From Victivallaceae bacterium (GTDB lineage: Bacteria; Verrucomicrobiota; Lentisphaeria; Victivallales; Victivallaceae), in the NCBI GenBank assembly GCA_045585875.1, contig JAZMZH010000005.1, positions 1,089-65,088 on the forward strand: DNA of 64,000 nucleotides. The letters run 5' to 3'. Numbering within the stretch: the first letter of the stretch is position 1; every line of letters begins with the position of its first letter. Positions 43,493 through 53,972 of this stretch are shown in pieces. The translations under genes and the position numbers were made by a program. Under the pieces are notes generated by a model. It saw nothing but the letters and a program-made list of their open reading frames with translations. It did not search any database and was not told where the DNA came from.

Positions 43493-45226
43493 ATGCAGTA
43501 CGAGCTGGAAACCATTCGTCACAGCGCCGCCCACATCATGGCGGCGGCGGTGAAAAAACTTTTTCCCGAGGCCAGATTCGACATCGGCCCCGCCACCGCC
43601 AACGGTTTTTACTATGACTTTGAATTGCCCCGCGCGCTGGTGCCGGAGGATCTGAAGCAGATCGAAAAGGAGATGCGGAAGTTGATCGGCGCCAGGGTCC
43701 CGTTTGAGCGCTTCGAGCTTTCCCGCTCCGAGGCCGAGGCGAGACTCGCCGCCGCCGGGCAGAAGTACAAGCTGGAGCGTCTGGCCGACATCCCGGACGA
43801 GGCGGTGATCAGTTTCTACAGATCCGGGGATTTCGTGGACCTCTGCCGCGGACCGCATGTGGACAACGCCGGGGCCATCGGCGCGGTGAAGCTGCTCTCC
43901 ATCGCCGGGAGCTACTTCAAAGGCGATGAAAAGAACCCCATGCTCCAGCGCATCTACGGCACCGCCTTTGCCACCGCGCAGGAATTGGATCAGTACCTCA
44001 AGCTCATGGAGGAGGCCGCCCGCCGCGACCATCGGAAACTCGGCAAAGAGCTGGATCTCTTCAGCTTTTCCGAAAACGTCGGTCCCGGGCTGGTGCTCTG
44101 GCATCCCAAGGGCGCCTTTATCCGCAACGCCATCGAAACCTACTGGCGGAGCCGTCACTACGAAAACGGTTACGATCTGCTCTACACTCCCCACATCGGA
44201 CGCTCCGTCCTGTGGGAGACCAGCGGGCACCTGGATTTCTACCGCGACGCGATGTATTCGCCCATGGACATCGACGGCGGCGATTTTTACGTCAAGCCCA
44301 TGAATTGCCCGTTTCACATCGAAATCTACCGTTCCAGCCTGCGTTCCTACCGGGAACTCCCCCTGCGCTGGGCGGAGCTGGGCACCGTTTACCGTTATGA
44401 AAAGAGCGGCGTGCTTCACGGGCTGCTCCGGGTCCGCGGATTCACCCAGGACGACGCCCACATCATCTGCACGCCGGAGCAGATCGAGGACGAGATCGCC
44501 GAGGTGCTGCGCTTCAGCATGTCCATCTGGCGGGATTTCGGATTCACAAAGATCAAGCCCTATCTGGCGACCCGGCCGGCCAAGGCCGTCGGCGAACCCG
44601 AGCGCTGGGAAAAGGCCCTGCGCGCTCTCGAGCTGGCGGTGAAAAAGGCCGGTCTGGAGTGCGAGGTCGATGCCGGAGGCGGCGCTTTTTACGGTCCGAA
44701 GATCGACTTGAAAGTGGAGGACGCTCTGGGCCGGGAGTGGCAGACCACCACCATCCAGTTCGACTTCAATCTGCCGGAGCGCTTCGACATGACCTATGTG
44801 GGAGAGGACGGGAAAAAGCACCGGCCCTATATGGTGCACCGGGCTTTGTTCGGCTCTCTGGAGCGTTTTTTCGGGATTCTGGTGGAGCATTACGCCGGAG
44901 CGTTTCCGCTGTGGCTGGCGCCGGAGCAGGCGAGGGTGCTGCCGATCACCGCGGCTCAGGCGGATTTCGCGGAAAAGTACGCCTCTGCTCTGCGCAGCCG
45001 CGGTCTGAGGGTGACGGTGGATGGCCGCAGCGCCGGTCTGGGCGCCAAGATCAAGGACGCGCGCAACGACCGCATCAACTACATCCTGGTGATCGGCGAG
45101 CGGGAAGTCGCCGATGGGATTGCGTCGGTGCGCAGCCGCAGGGACGGGGAACTCGGCGGCATGACCGCCGAAGCTCTGGCGGAACGGATGCTCGCCGAAG
45201 TCGCCGATCTCGGGCGTCTTTCCTGA
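43493..45226 (+). CDS. thrS: Threonyl-tRNA synthetase lacking the N-terminal TGS domain
   Basis: Starts at the editing-domain histidines (IRHSAAHIMAAAV). Class II motifs present (FRDAMYSPMD-region, YRYEKSG, GGGAFYGPKID). In-frame TGA at 43466-43468 excludes an N-terminal extension. Confidence 0.92.
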   Translation: MQYELETIRHSAAHIMAAAVKKLFPEARFDIGPATANGFYYDFELPRALVPEDLKQIEKEMRKLIGARVPFERFELSRSEAEARLAAAGQKYKLERLADIPDEAVISFYRSGDFVDLCRGPHVDNAGAIGAVKLLSIAGSYFKGDEKNPMLQRIYGTAFATAQELDQYLKLMEEAARRDHRKLGKELDLFSFSENVGPGLVLWHPKGAFIRNAIETYWRSRHYENGYDLLYTPHIGRSVLWETSGHLDFYRDAMYSPMDIDGGDFYVKPMNCPFHIEIYRSSLRSYRELPLRWAELGTVYRYEKSGVLHGLLRVRGFTQDDAHIICTPEQIEDEIAEVLRFSMSIWRDFGFTKIKPYLATRPAKAVGEPERWEKALRALELAVKKAGLECEVDAGGGAFYGPKIDLKVEDALGREWQTTTIQFDFNLPERFDMTYVGEDGKKHRPYMVHRALFGSLERFFGILVEHYAGAFPLWLAPEQARVLPITAAQADFAEKYASALRSRGLRVTVDGRSAGLGAKIKDARNDRINYILVIGEREVADGIASVRSRRDGELGGMTAEALAERMLAEVADLGRLS

Positions 45227-45252
45227 TGGCTCTGTGCGGCCGTCCGTCTTTT

Positions 45253-45280
45253 CCGGGCCGATGACGCGTCATCGGCCCGG
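45253..45280. terminator. Perfect 28-nt palindrome (hairpin/terminator candidate) after thrS
   Basis: CCGGGCCGATGACG|CGTCATCGGCCCGG. Flanked by TCTTTT upstream and GGGGCGATTT downstream. Confidence 0.5.
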
Positions 45281-45450
45281 GGGGCGATTTCCCGGTGAAA
45301 CCCGGACGGTTGTTAAAAAATTGGGCCTTTTTGGATGAAAAAATTTGCTTTTTGACAAAAGACGGGTATTTTATAGAGAGGAAGAAAATCCCGGAACTCC
45401 GGGAGATGGATGAGAAATCAACCGCCAACAAGAAACAGGAGAATTCACAA

Positions 45451-45690
45451 ATGTCTGAAGTTGCGGAAAAAGTTAAGAAGATTGTCGTCGATCAGCTGGG
45501 TGTTTCCGAGGATCAGGTCACCGATGATGCCCGGTTCATGGAGGATCTCGGCGCCGACTCTCTGGATACTGTTGAGCTGGTGATGGCTCTTGAGGAGGAG
45601 TTCGGTTCCGACATTCCCGATGAGGATGCCGAGAAGCTCAAGACCGTCGGCGCTGTTATCGAGTACATCAAGAGCAAGAGCCAGGACTGA
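45451..45690 (+). CDS. acpP: Acyl carrier protein
   Basis: [19 protein letters not shown] phosphopantetheine-site motif. 79 aa. Start trimmed to the ATG at 45451, preceded by AACAGGAG. Confidence 0.95.
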   Translation: MSEVAEKVKKIVVDQLGVSEDQVTDDARFMEDLGADSLDTVELVMALEEEFGSDIPDEDAEKLKTVGAVIEYIKSKSQD

Positions 45691-45800
45691 TCGGAACGAC
45701 CTGATCGGTCATTGATTTTTTGCGTAACGGGCCGCGGGGGACAATCTTATCCTGAGCGGTCCGTTTTGATTTTACCACACCACCAGCGGGCGAGACTGGC

Positions 45801-47057
45801 ATGAATGAGAGAAGAGTTGTAGTGACGGGGTGCGGGGTGATTTCCTGCGCAGGGCAGGATCCCGCGAGTTTCTGGAATTCCCTTGTCGAGGGAAAGTGCG
45901 GCATCGGTCCGATCACTTTGTTCGACGCGGCCGGTTACCGTACCCGGATCGCCGGGGAAGTGAAAGACTTCGACCCGTGCCGGTACATGAGCTTCAAGGA
46001 CGCCAAGCGCATGGACCGCTTCTGCCAGTTCGCGGTGTGCGCGGGCCTCATGGCCGTCCAAAACGCCGGTCTGCCGGAGAATTTCGAGGATTCCGGCATC
46101 CGTCCGGAGCGGGTTGGTGTGATGGTTTCCAGCGGCATCGGCGGCATGGCGGTCTTTGCCGAACAGATCAAAGTGCTCAACGACCGGGGGCCGGACCGGG
46201 TCAGCCCGCTGCTCATCCCCATGATGATCGGGGACATCGCCTCCGGCAATCTCTCGATGCGGCTCCAGGTGAAGGGACCGAATTTCGGTCTGGTTTCGGC
46301 GTGCTCCACCGGCAATCATTCCATCGGAGAAGCCTCCTGGATCATCCGCCGGGGCGACGCGGACATCATGATCGCCGGCGGCGCCGAGGCGCCCATCGTG
46401 CCGGTGGGGGTGGCGGGATTCTGCGCCATGAAGGCCATGAGCCAGCGCAATGACGATCCTCTCCACGCCAGCCGTCCTTTTGATCTGAACCGTGACGGGT
46501 TCATCATGAGCGAGGGCGCGGGCGTGCTGATTCTGGAAGAGCTCGAACATGCCAAAGCCCGGGGCGCGGAGATTCTGGCCGAGCTGGTGGGCTACGGATG
46601 CACCGGCGACGCCTATCACATCACCAGTCCCCATCCGGAGGGCGAGGGCGCTGCCGAGGCCATGCGGGTGGCCATGAGGCACGCGGCCGTGAATCCGGAG
46701 GAGATCGACTACATCAATGCGCACGGCACCTCCACCGAGCTGAACGACAAGTACGAGACGCTGGCGATCAAGCGGGCTTTCGGCGAATCGGCCCGAAAGG
46801 TCGCCATCAGCAGCACCAAAGGCACCACCGGGCACGGGCTGGGCGCGGCCGGAGGGTTCGAGTGCATCGCCTGCATCCACGCCATTCGCGACGGGGTCGT
46901 GCCGCCCACGATCAACTACGTCACCCCGGATCCGGACTGCGATCTCGACATCACTCCCAACACCGCCCGGGAGAGGGACATCCGATATGCGATGAATGTC
47001 AATCTCGGGTTCGGCGGACACAATGCGGCGGTGATTTTCCGGCGTTTTGAAGATTGA
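45801..47057 (+). CDS. fabF: 3-oxoacyl-ACP synthase II
   Basis: Active-site ACSTG, HGTST and GHGLGAAG motifs. 418 aa. Confidence 0.95.
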   Translation: MNERRVVVTGCGVISCAGQDPASFWNSLVEGKCGIGPITLFDAAGYRTRIAGEVKDFDPCRYMSFKDAKRMDRFCQFAVCAGLMAVQNAGLPENFEDSGIRPERVGVMVSSGIGGMAVFAEQIKVLNDRGPDRVSPLLIPMMIGDIASGNLSMRLQVKGPNFGLVSACSTGNHSIGEASWIIRRGDADIMIAGGAEAPIVPVGVAGFCAMKAMSQRNDDPLHASRPFDLNRDGFIMSEGAGVLILEELEHAKARGAEILAELVGYGCTGDAYHITSPHPEGEGAAEAMRVAMRHAAVNPEEIDYINAHGTSTELNDKYETLAIKRAFGESARKVAISSTKGTTGHGLGAAGGFECIACIHAIRDGVVPPTINYVTPDPDCDLDITPNTARERDIRYAMNVNLGFGGHNAAVIFRRFED

Positions 47058-47127
47058 TTGCATGAGGGCGGCCCGGGCCGCCTTTTTTTGACGAAATGTT
47101 TCACATCATCAGGAAAAGGAGTCGGAG

Positions 47128-47712
47128 ATGAGAATATTCGGTTGTTTGCTTGCGGCGCTGACGCTGACGGCCGCCGTCTGCGGAGCGGAGGGGGATCAGA
47201 GTGCCCGCGGCGAAGCGGATTACGCGGCCTGTTACGCGCTTTTTGAAGCCGCGGGGACGCGGGCTTTTATCGAGGCTTTCATGCCCGCCATGGCGGAGCA
47301 GGTCCTTGCGTCAACTCCCGAAGCCGCCTCGTTTGAGGACGTGGTGGTGGAATTTTTCAATAAATACCTGGGGTACGACGCCGTGAAGCAGGAGCTGGCG
47401 GATTCCTTCCTGAGCAAGTTCACTCCGGAGGAGGTCGCTGGTCTGAGCGAGTTTTACAATACCGACGCCGGACGCAAAGTCGCCGAAATCACTGCGGCTC
47501 TGCCGGAAATTTTCACCTTCGAAGAGCTGGTGGCTCTTGGAGAATTTTACCGGAGCGATTTGGGACGCAAGGTTTCCGCCGACATGACCGGCGTCGCTCT
47601 GGAGGCCGGAGAGATCGGGCAGCGCCGGGTGGTCGAGCACGCCGAGGAGCTGAAGCAGATGGTGGCGGCCAAGCTGCTGTCGGGTCAGAGTCTGCCGTCG
47701 TTCGGCAGATAG
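47128..47712 (+). CDS. Secreted DUF2059-like protein
   Basis: Signal peptide MRIFGCLLAALTLTAAVCGA. Repeated EFY(N/R)(T/S)D(A/L)GRKV motif, which I associate with DUF2059. Confidence 0.7.
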   Translation: MRIFGCLLAALTLTAAVCGAEGDQSARGEADYAACYALFEAAGTRAFIEAFMPAMAEQVLASTPEAASFEDVVVEFFNKYLGYDAVKQELADSFLSKFTPEEVAGLSEFYNTDAGRKVAEITAALPEIFTFEELVALGEFYRSDLGRKVSADMTGVALEAGEIGQRRVVEHAEELKQMVAAKLLSGQSLPSFGR

Positions 47713-48458
47713 CGTTGATCCAGCAGGTGCCGGATTTCGACCCGGGCGAGGGAGGCGGTGAGGCCGTTTCTCGCGCCCGGGAATTCTTTTTCCAGGAGTT
47801 GCAGCAGTTTCCCGGCCCGGGCCCGGTCTCCGGAAGCCGCGAGCGCCTCGTGATAGGGACAGCGGCGATCCGTCGGGAAGTCGAATTCGGCGGCGGCGTC
47901 GCGGATGGTTTCTTCGCTGGTCAGCGCCAGGGGGCGGATGACGGTGCAGCCGTCGGGAGCGTCCGCATGGGCGAGCGGGGCCATGGTGGTCAGACCGCCG
48001 CCGCGCAGGGCGCTCATGAGAAAGGACGCCAGCAGGTCGTCGAGGTGCTGACCGAGGGCGAGTTTGCCGCATCCGAGTTTCCGGGCCAGTCCGTAGAGTT
48101 TGCCGCGTCGGAGGCGGCTGCAGAGCACGCACGGCGGTTTGCGCGAAGGCCGGGCGGCGAGGAGGTCGGGGATGGACAGACCGGTGGAATAAAACGGCAC
48201 GCCGCGCTTCCGGCAGTAACCGGCGATCTCCTCAAGCGGGAATCCCGGGAATCCCGGATCGAAGGCGGCTCCGGTGATGGTGAAGTTTACCGGGGCGCGT
48301 TTTTGCAGCGCCAGCAGGGTTTCCAGCAGAGTGAAGCTGTCTTTGCCGCCGGAGAGGCCGACGAGGATGGAGTCGCCGTCGGCGATGAGGCGATACTCGC
48401 AGACGCATCGTCCGGCGGAGCGGACGACCTTTTCAAAAACCGGTGATTTTGTCTTCAT
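47685..48458 (-). CDS. ttcA: PP-loop ATPase, TtcA-like tRNA 2-thiocytidine biosynthesis protein
   Basis: LVGLSGGKDS PP-loop and a CVLCSRLRRG CxxC motif. Start trimmed to the ATG at 48458. The 3' end overlaps the convergent 47128-47712 gene by 28 nt. Confidence 0.8.
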   Translation of the reverse strand: MKTKSPVFEKVVRSAGRCVCEYRLIADGDSILVGLSGGKDSFTLLETLLALQKRAPVNFTITGAAFDPGFPGFPLEEIAGYCRKRGVPFYSTGLSIPDLLAARPSRKPPCVLCSRLRRGKLYGLARKLGCGKLALGQHLDDLLASFLMSALRGGGLTTMAPLAHADAPDGCTVIRPLALTSEETIRDAAAEFDFPTDRRCPYHEALAASGDRARAGKLLQLLEKEFPGARNGLTASLARVEIRHLLDQRYLPNDGRL

Positions 48459-48579
48459 GCCGTCAATATAGCACACGATCGGCGGAATAACAACGACAAA
48501 AACATATTTGTACTTGAAAAATCCCCATTCCGGCTGTACATTATACTTTGCAGTCCGATCAGATTCAAGGAGGAAGTTT

Positions 48580-49884
48580 ATGGGACGAACCATTGTCGAA
48601 AAGATATTCGACGCGCATCGGCTTGATTCTCCCGGGGAGGGCGTCTCCATTTTGCGCCTGGACCGGGTTTTCTGTCACGAGATCACCACTCCCATCGCCA
48701 TTAACGACCTGGTTTCCCAGGGCCGCGACCGGGTTTTCGATCCCGAGGGGATCAAGGCGGTGATCGACCATGTTTCGCCGGCCAAGGACTCCAAGACCGC
48801 CGAGCAGGGCAAGACCCTCCGGGACTGGGCCCGCCGTCACGGCATCAGGGATTTCTTCGACATCGGGAGCAACGGCGTGTGTCACGCCATTTTTCCGGAA
48901 AAGGGTTTCGTCCGTCCCGGATACACCATCACCATGGGGGATTCGCATACCTGCACGCACGGCGCGTTCGGGGCTTTTGCCGCCGGGGTCGGCACCACCG
49001 ATCTCGAGGTGGGCATCTGCAAGGGCGTGGCCATCATGCGGGATCAGAAGACCATCAAGGTGAACGTCTCCGGGCGTCTGCGGAAAGGCGTCTGCGCCAA
49101 GGACCTCATCCTGGAGATCATCCGCGTCCTGACCGTCAACGGCGCCACCGACCATGTCATCGAGTTCACCGGCGAATGTGTGGATCATCTCTCCATGGCC
49201 GGACGCATGACCCTCTGCAACATGGCGGTGGAGGCCGGGGCCACCAGCGGCATCTGTTGTCCGGACCGGGTGACCGCCGAATATCTCTGGCCCTTCATCC
49301 GGGACGAATACGCCTCCGTGGAGGCCGCGGTCGAGGCGTGGCGGGTCTTCCGGCCCGATCCCGACGCGGTGTACGCCCGGGTGGTGGAGATCGACGCATC
49401 CCTCCTGGAGCCGGTGGCCACCTACGGATACAAGCCGGATTGCGTGAAGCCGGTTGCCGCGTTTGCCGACACCCCGGTGGATCAGGTGTACATCGGCAGC
49501 TGCACCAACGGCCGCTACGAGGATCTGGAGGCCGCCGCCGAGGTGCTGGCCGGACGCAGGATCGCCCCCGGCATCCGGGCCATCGTGAGCCCGGCCACCA
49601 GCGAGGTTTACGCCCGGGCGATGAAGTCCGGGATTTTGCAGATCTTCGCGGACGCGGGATTTTGCGTCACCAATCCCACCTGCGGCGCCTGTCTGGGGAT
49701 GAGCAACGGCGTGCTGGCCCGTGGCGAAGTCTGCGCCTCCACCACCAACCGCAATTTCAACGGGCGCATGGGCGCGGGCGGGATGGTGCATCTCATGAGT
49801 CCGGTCACCGCCGCCGCGACGGCGCTGGCGGGACGGATCGTCAATTCGTCTTTGTGGCAAGCGGGACAGGAGGCAGACAAATGA
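48580..49884 (+). CDS. leuC: Aconitase-family dehydratase large subunit (LeuC/HacA type)
   Basis: MGRTIVEKIFDAH, DRVFCHEIT, MGDSHTCTHGAFGAFA, IGSCTNGRYEDL, NPTCGACLG. Start at 48580 is preceded by AAGGAGG. Confidence 0.88.
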   Translation: MGRTIVEKIFDAHRLDSPGEGVSILRLDRVFCHEITTPIAINDLVSQGRDRVFDPEGIKAVIDHVSPAKDSKTAEQGKTLRDWARRHGIRDFFDIGSNGVCHAIFPEKGFVRPGYTITMGDSHTCTHGAFGAFAAGVGTTDLEVGICKGVAIMRDQKTIKVNVSGRLRKGVCAKDLILEIIRVLTVNGATDHVIEFTGECVDHLSMAGRMTLCNMAVEAGATSGICCPDRVTAEYLWPFIRDEYASVEAAVEAWRVFRPDPDAVYARVVEIDASLLEPVATYGYKPDCVKPVAAFADTPVDQVYIGSCTNGRYEDLEAAAEVLAGRRIAPGIRAIVSPATSEVYARAMKSGILQIFADAGFCVTNPTCGACLGMSNGVLARGEVCASTTNRNFNGRMGAGGMVHLMSPVTAAATALAGRIVNSSLWQAGQEADK

Positions 49885-50405
49885 AGAATTTTTCCGGAAG
49901 CATACTTTTTCTCGACCGTTCGGACATCAACACCGACGAAATCATCCCCGCCCGTTATCTGACCGAGGCGACCAAGGCGGCGCTGAAACCCTACTGTCTG
50001 GAGGATCTCCGGCTGGAGGGATTCGACTCCCGGCGGGATGTCCCGGGCAAGAACGTCATCGTCACCCGTTCCAATTTCGGCTGCGGCAGTTCCCGGGAGC
50101 ACGCGGCCTGGACGCTGGAGTGCAACGATATCACGATGGTCATTGCCGTCAATTTCGCCCGCATCTTCCGTCAGAACATGTTCAACTGCGGCATGATCGC
50201 GGCGACGCTCTCCCCGGAGGAGATCGACGAAATATTCAAGGTTTTTTCGGGGGCTCCGGCCCGCTGCGAAACCGATTTTGAAAAAGGCCGCGCGGTCATA
50301 ACCGGTTCGGGGCAGCGGCGGGAATACAGTTTTGAAATTTCCGGTTTCGACCGGGAGCTGGTCGCGGCCGGGGGCTGGCTGGCCTACGCCGACCGGAAAT
50401 ACTGA
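49881..50405 (+). CDS. leuD: Aconitase-family dehydratase small subunit (LeuD/HacB type)
   Basis: INTDEIIPARYL and NFGCGSSREHAAW motifs. ATGA overlap with the large subunit gene. Confidence 0.88.
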   Translation: MKNFSGSILFLDRSDINTDEIIPARYLTEATKAALKPYCLEDLRLEGFDSRRDVPGKNVIVTRSNFGCGSSREHAAWTLECNDITMVIAVNFARIFRQNMFNCGMIAATLSPEEIDEIFKVFSGAPARCETDFEKGRAVITGSGQRREYSFEISGFDRELVAAGGWLAYADRKY

Positions 50406-50417
50406 CGGGAGTTTTTT

Positions 50418-53078
50418 ATGAGCGAAAAAGAGATGGCAAAGGCGTATCTGCCTCATGATATTGAATCCAAATGGTTTCCCTTCTGGGAGCGTCACGGGGA
50501 TTTTCACGGCACGGCGGGGACGGGGCGGAAACCCTACTCCATCGTCATCCCGCCTCCCAACGTGACCGGCATCCTGACCCTCGGGCATGTGCTGAACAAC
50601 ACCCTTCAGGACATCCTCTGCCGCCGCAAGCGGATGCAGGGGTACGAGGTCGTGTGGTTCCCCGGCACCGACCACGCCGGGATCGCCACCGAGGCCAAGG
50701 TCAACAAATTTCTCCGCACCCATGAGAACATCACCCGGGACGACCTGGGCCGGGAGGAGTTCATCCGCCGGGTCTGGGAGTGGAAGGAAAAGTACGGCGG
50801 CACCATCATCCGGCAGCTCCGGACTCTGGGCTGTTGCTGCGACTGGGAGCGGGAGCGCTTCACCATGGACGAGGGGCTCTCCCGGGCGGTGCGAAAGGTT
50901 TTCGTGGAGCTTTACAACAAAGGCTATATCTACCGGGGCAGCCGGATGATCAACTGGTGTCCCGTGGCCAAGAGCGCCCTTTCCGACGAAGAGGTGATCT
51001 ACCGCGACGTGCCGGGCAAGTTTTATCACATCAGCTATCCCCTTGCCGACGGCAGCGGCGCGCTGATCGTGGCCACGACCCGTCCGGAAACCCTCTTCGG
51101 CGACACCGCCGTGGCGGTGCATCCCGACGATCCCAGGTACCGGGATCTCGTGGGCAAAATGGTGAAGCTGCCCCTTACCGACCGGGAGATCCCCATCATC
51201 GCCGATCGGCACGCCGATCCGGAGAAGGGCACCGGGTGCGTCAAGATCACCCCGGCCCACGATCCCAACGACTTCGCCGTGGGGGAGCGTCATCATCTGC
51301 CGGTGATCAACATCTTCAACAGCGACGCCACCACCAACGGCAATGTGCCGGAGGCCTACCGCGGTCTGGACCGTTTCGAGGCCAGGGAGCGGGCGGTAAA
51401 GGATCTGGAGGCCGCCGGTCTGCTGGTGAAGGTGGAGGATATCGTTCACTCGGTGGGGTATTCGGAGCGGGGCGACGTGCCCATCGAGACGATGGTGAGC
51501 AATCAGTGGTTCTGCAATATGAAGCGCCTGGCTGCCCCGGCCGTCGAAGCTGTCAAATCCGGCAGGATCAAATTTTACCCGGAGCGCTGGAGCAAGACCT
51601 ATTTTCACTGGATGGAAAACATTCAGGACTGGTGCATCAGCCGTCAGATCTGGTGGGGGCACCGCATCCCGGCCTGGTACAACGATGACGACAACTCGGT
51701 GTACGTGGGGATGACCCCTCCCGACAAGCCGGGGAAGTGGCGCCAGGAGGAGGATGTGCTCGACACCTGGTTTTCCAGCTGGCTGTGGCCGTTCAGCATC
51801 ATGGGGTGGCCGGAGAAGCCCCCCGAGCTGGGGTATTTTTATCCGACCAACGACCTGGTGACGGGGCCGGACATCATATTCTTCTGGGTGGCCCGCATGA
51901 TTATGGCGGGATGCGAATTCATGGGCGAGGTGCCCTTCCGCAATGTTTACTTCACCAGCATCATCCGGGACGAACAGGGGCGCAAGCTCTCCAAATCCCT
52001 GGGGAACTCCCCCGACCCGCTGGACGTGATCGCCGAGTACGGCGCCGACGCCCTGCGCTTCAGCATCGTCTACATCGCTCCGGTGGGCATGGACATCCGC
52101 TACAGCAACGAAAAGTGCGAACTCGGCCGCAATTTCGCCAACAAGCTCTGGAACGCCTGCCGTTTCCGGCGGATGCAGGGCGGCGTTTCCGCGGATTTCG
52201 AGACATTGCCCGCGGCGGCGGCCGCCGCGCTCTCCAACGATGAAAAATGGATGCTCTTCAAGCTGTCTGAAGCGGTGAAGAACATCAACGCGGCTCTGGA
52301 CGACTTCCGGTTCCACTCCGCCTGTCACGCGCTCTACGATCTGGTGTGGAGCGACTTCTGCGACTGGTTCGTGGAGGCGGAAAAGGCTCCGCTGCGCGCC
52401 GGAGGCGCCGAAAAGGAACGCGCCGTGGCGGTGCTGGATTTCGTCCTCTGCCGGATCCTGCGGCTGCTGCATCCCTTCATGCCTTTCATCACCGAGGAAC
52501 TGGCGCACCAGCTGGATTTCCTCGGAGACGACGAGACTCTGGTGGGCAGCCGCTGGCCGGAGGACGGCGAACTGGCCTTCGCCGGGGCGTACGCCTCGAC
52601 GGCGGACCGGGTTTCGGGGAAATTCGAACTGGTGGGCGCCGGACGTGCTCTGAAGTCCAACTCCAACATCCCCGACGGCAAAAAGGTGGCGTTTTACATC
52701 CAGGCCAAAGCCGCGGATGCGGAGTTTCTCCGCGGCGATCTGGCCTCTCTGGAGCGTTTGCTCAACGCATCCGGCGTGGAAATCTCCGAAGCCGATTACG
52801 ACGCCGGGAAATCGGGGGCCGCGCCGCACCGGGTCTGCTCCTCCGGCACGATCTTTCTGCCTCTTGCCGGATTGGTGGACGCGGAGGCGGAGCGCGCCCG
52901 TCTGGAGAAGCAGTATCGGGAGCTGGAGGGCTGGATCAAAGGGGCCCGGGCCCGTCTCGGCAATGAGAAGTTCCGGGCCAACGCTCCGGCTCAGGTGGTG
53001 GCGGACGCGGAGGCGAAACTCCGGGAGATGCTCGATAAGCAGTCCCGGGTCTCCGAGCTGCTGGCGGCGCTGAAGTGA
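50418..53078 (+). CDS. valS: Valyl-tRNA synthetase
   Basis: PPPNVTGILTLGH (HIGH region), KLSKSLGN (KMSKS), editing-domain TTRPETLFGDTAVAVHPDD, C-terminal coiled coil. 886 aa. Confidence 0.96.
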   Translation: MSEKEMAKAYLPHDIESKWFPFWERHGDFHGTAGTGRKPYSIVIPPPNVTGILTLGHVLNNTLQDILCRRKRMQGYEVVWFPGTDHAGIATEAKVNKFLRTHENITRDDLGREEFIRRVWEWKEKYGGTIIRQLRTLGCCCDWERERFTMDEGLSRAVRKVFVELYNKGYIYRGSRMINWCPVAKSALSDEEVIYRDVPGKFYHISYPLADGSGALIVATTRPETLFGDTAVAVHPDDPRYRDLVGKMVKLPLTDREIPIIADRHADPEKGTGCVKITPAHDPNDFAVGERHHLPVINIFNSDATTNGNVPEAYRGLDRFEARERAVKDLEAAGLLVKVEDIVHSVGYSERGDVPIETMVSNQWFCNMKRLAAPAVEAVKSGRIKFYPERWSKTYFHWMENIQDWCISRQIWWGHRIPAWYNDDDNSVYVGMTPPDKPGKWRQEEDVLDTWFSSWLWPFSIMGWPEKPPELGYFYPTNDLVTGPDIIFFWVARMIMAGCEFMGEVPFRNVYFTSIIRDEQGRKLSKSLGNSPDPLDVIAEYGADALRFSIVYIAPVGMDIRYSNEKCELGRNFANKLWNACRFRRMQGGVSADFETLPAAAAAALSNDEKWMLFKLSEAVKNINAALDDFRFHSACHALYDLVWSDFCDWFVEAEKAPLRAGGAEKERAVAVLDFVLCRILRLLHPFMPFITEELAHQLDFLGDDETLVGSRWPEDGELAFAGAYASTADRVSGKFELVGAGRALKSNSNIPDGKKVAFYIQAKAADAEFLRGDLASLERLLNASGVEISEADYDAGKSGAAPHRVCSSGTIFLPLAGLVDAEAERARLEKQYRELEGWIKGARARLGNEKFRANAPAQVVADAEAKLREMLDKQSRVSELLAALK

Positions 53079-53108
53079 TCGGGAAAAACAAAACCATTGG
53101 AGGATAAA

Positions 53109-53972
53109 ATGAAATTTGCCGGTATTTACACCGCCATGGTCACGCCCTTCCGCGACGGAGCCGTGGACTGGGCTGCCCTGGAACGACTGGTGGAGCAGCA
53201 GATCGCCGGAGGTGTTGCCGGGCTGATTCCGGTCGGCACCACCGGTGAATCGCCGACTCTCAACTACGAAGAGCATGCCAAAGTGATTTCCGAGGTGGTG
53301 CGGATCGTCGCCGGACGCTGTCAGGTCATCGCCGGCACGGGGTCCAACTGCACCGCCGAGGCCATCGAACTCACCCGCCATGCCCGGGAGGCCGGAGCCG
53401 ACGCCAGCCTCCAGGTCACGCCTTATTACAACAAGCCGACGCCGGAGGGGCTCTTCCGGCATTTCGCCGCGGTTGCGGAAAAGGGCGGGCTGCCGGTGGT
53501 GCTCTACAATGTCCCCGGCCGCAGCGGCGTGCCCATCCCGGTGGATGTGATCGCGCGGCTCTCCAAACTGGAGATGGTGCAGGCGGTGAAGGAGGCGGCG
53601 GGCTCCGTGGATCGGGTTTCCCAGATCCTCGACGCCTGCGATATCGCGGTGCTCTCCGGAGACGATTCCCTGTTTCTGCCCATGATGGCGGTGGGGGCCC
53701 GCGGGGTCATCAGCGTGGCCAGCAACATCATTCCGGCGGAGATGGCGGAGATGTACGGCGCCTGGTGCGCCGGAGACGCGGCCAAAGCCGCGGCGATGCA
53801 CCGCCGTTATTATCCGCTTTTCCGGGATCTCTTCATCGAAGCCAATCCGATCCCGGTGAAGGAGGCCATGGCGCGTCTGGGATGGATTGCCCTTGAGTAC
53901 CGTCTGCCCCTGTGCGAAATGACCGCCGAGCATCGCGAGAAACTTTATAAAACCATGGACAAGTGCCTTTGA
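53109..53972 (+). CDS. dapA: 4-hydroxy-tetrahydrodipicolinate synthase
   Basis: AMVTPF, GTTGES, VTPYYNKP, YNVPGRSG motifs. GGAGGA precedes the ATG at 53109 (the ORF track TTG is at 53097). Confidence 0.93.
   Translation: MKFAGIYTAMVTPFRDGAVDWAALERLVEQQIAGGVAGLIPVGTTGESPTLNYEEHAKVISEVVRIVAGRCQVIAGTGSNCTAEAIELTRHAREAGADASLQVTPYYNKPTPEGLFRHFAAVAEKGGLPVVLYNVPGRSGVPIPVDVIARLSKLEMVQAVKEAAGSVDRVSQILDACDIAVLSGDDSLFLPMMAVGARGVISVASNIIPAEMAEMYGAWCAGDAAKAAAMHRRYYPLFRDLFIEANPIPVKEAMARLGWIALEYRLPLCEMTAEHREKLYKTMDKCL

Noticed and set aside
45438-45450. TTCACAA Rex half-site immediately upstream of acpP.
   Set aside because: There is no matching TTGTGAA half at any sensible spacing. It overlaps the SD-ATG region and is probably fortuitous.
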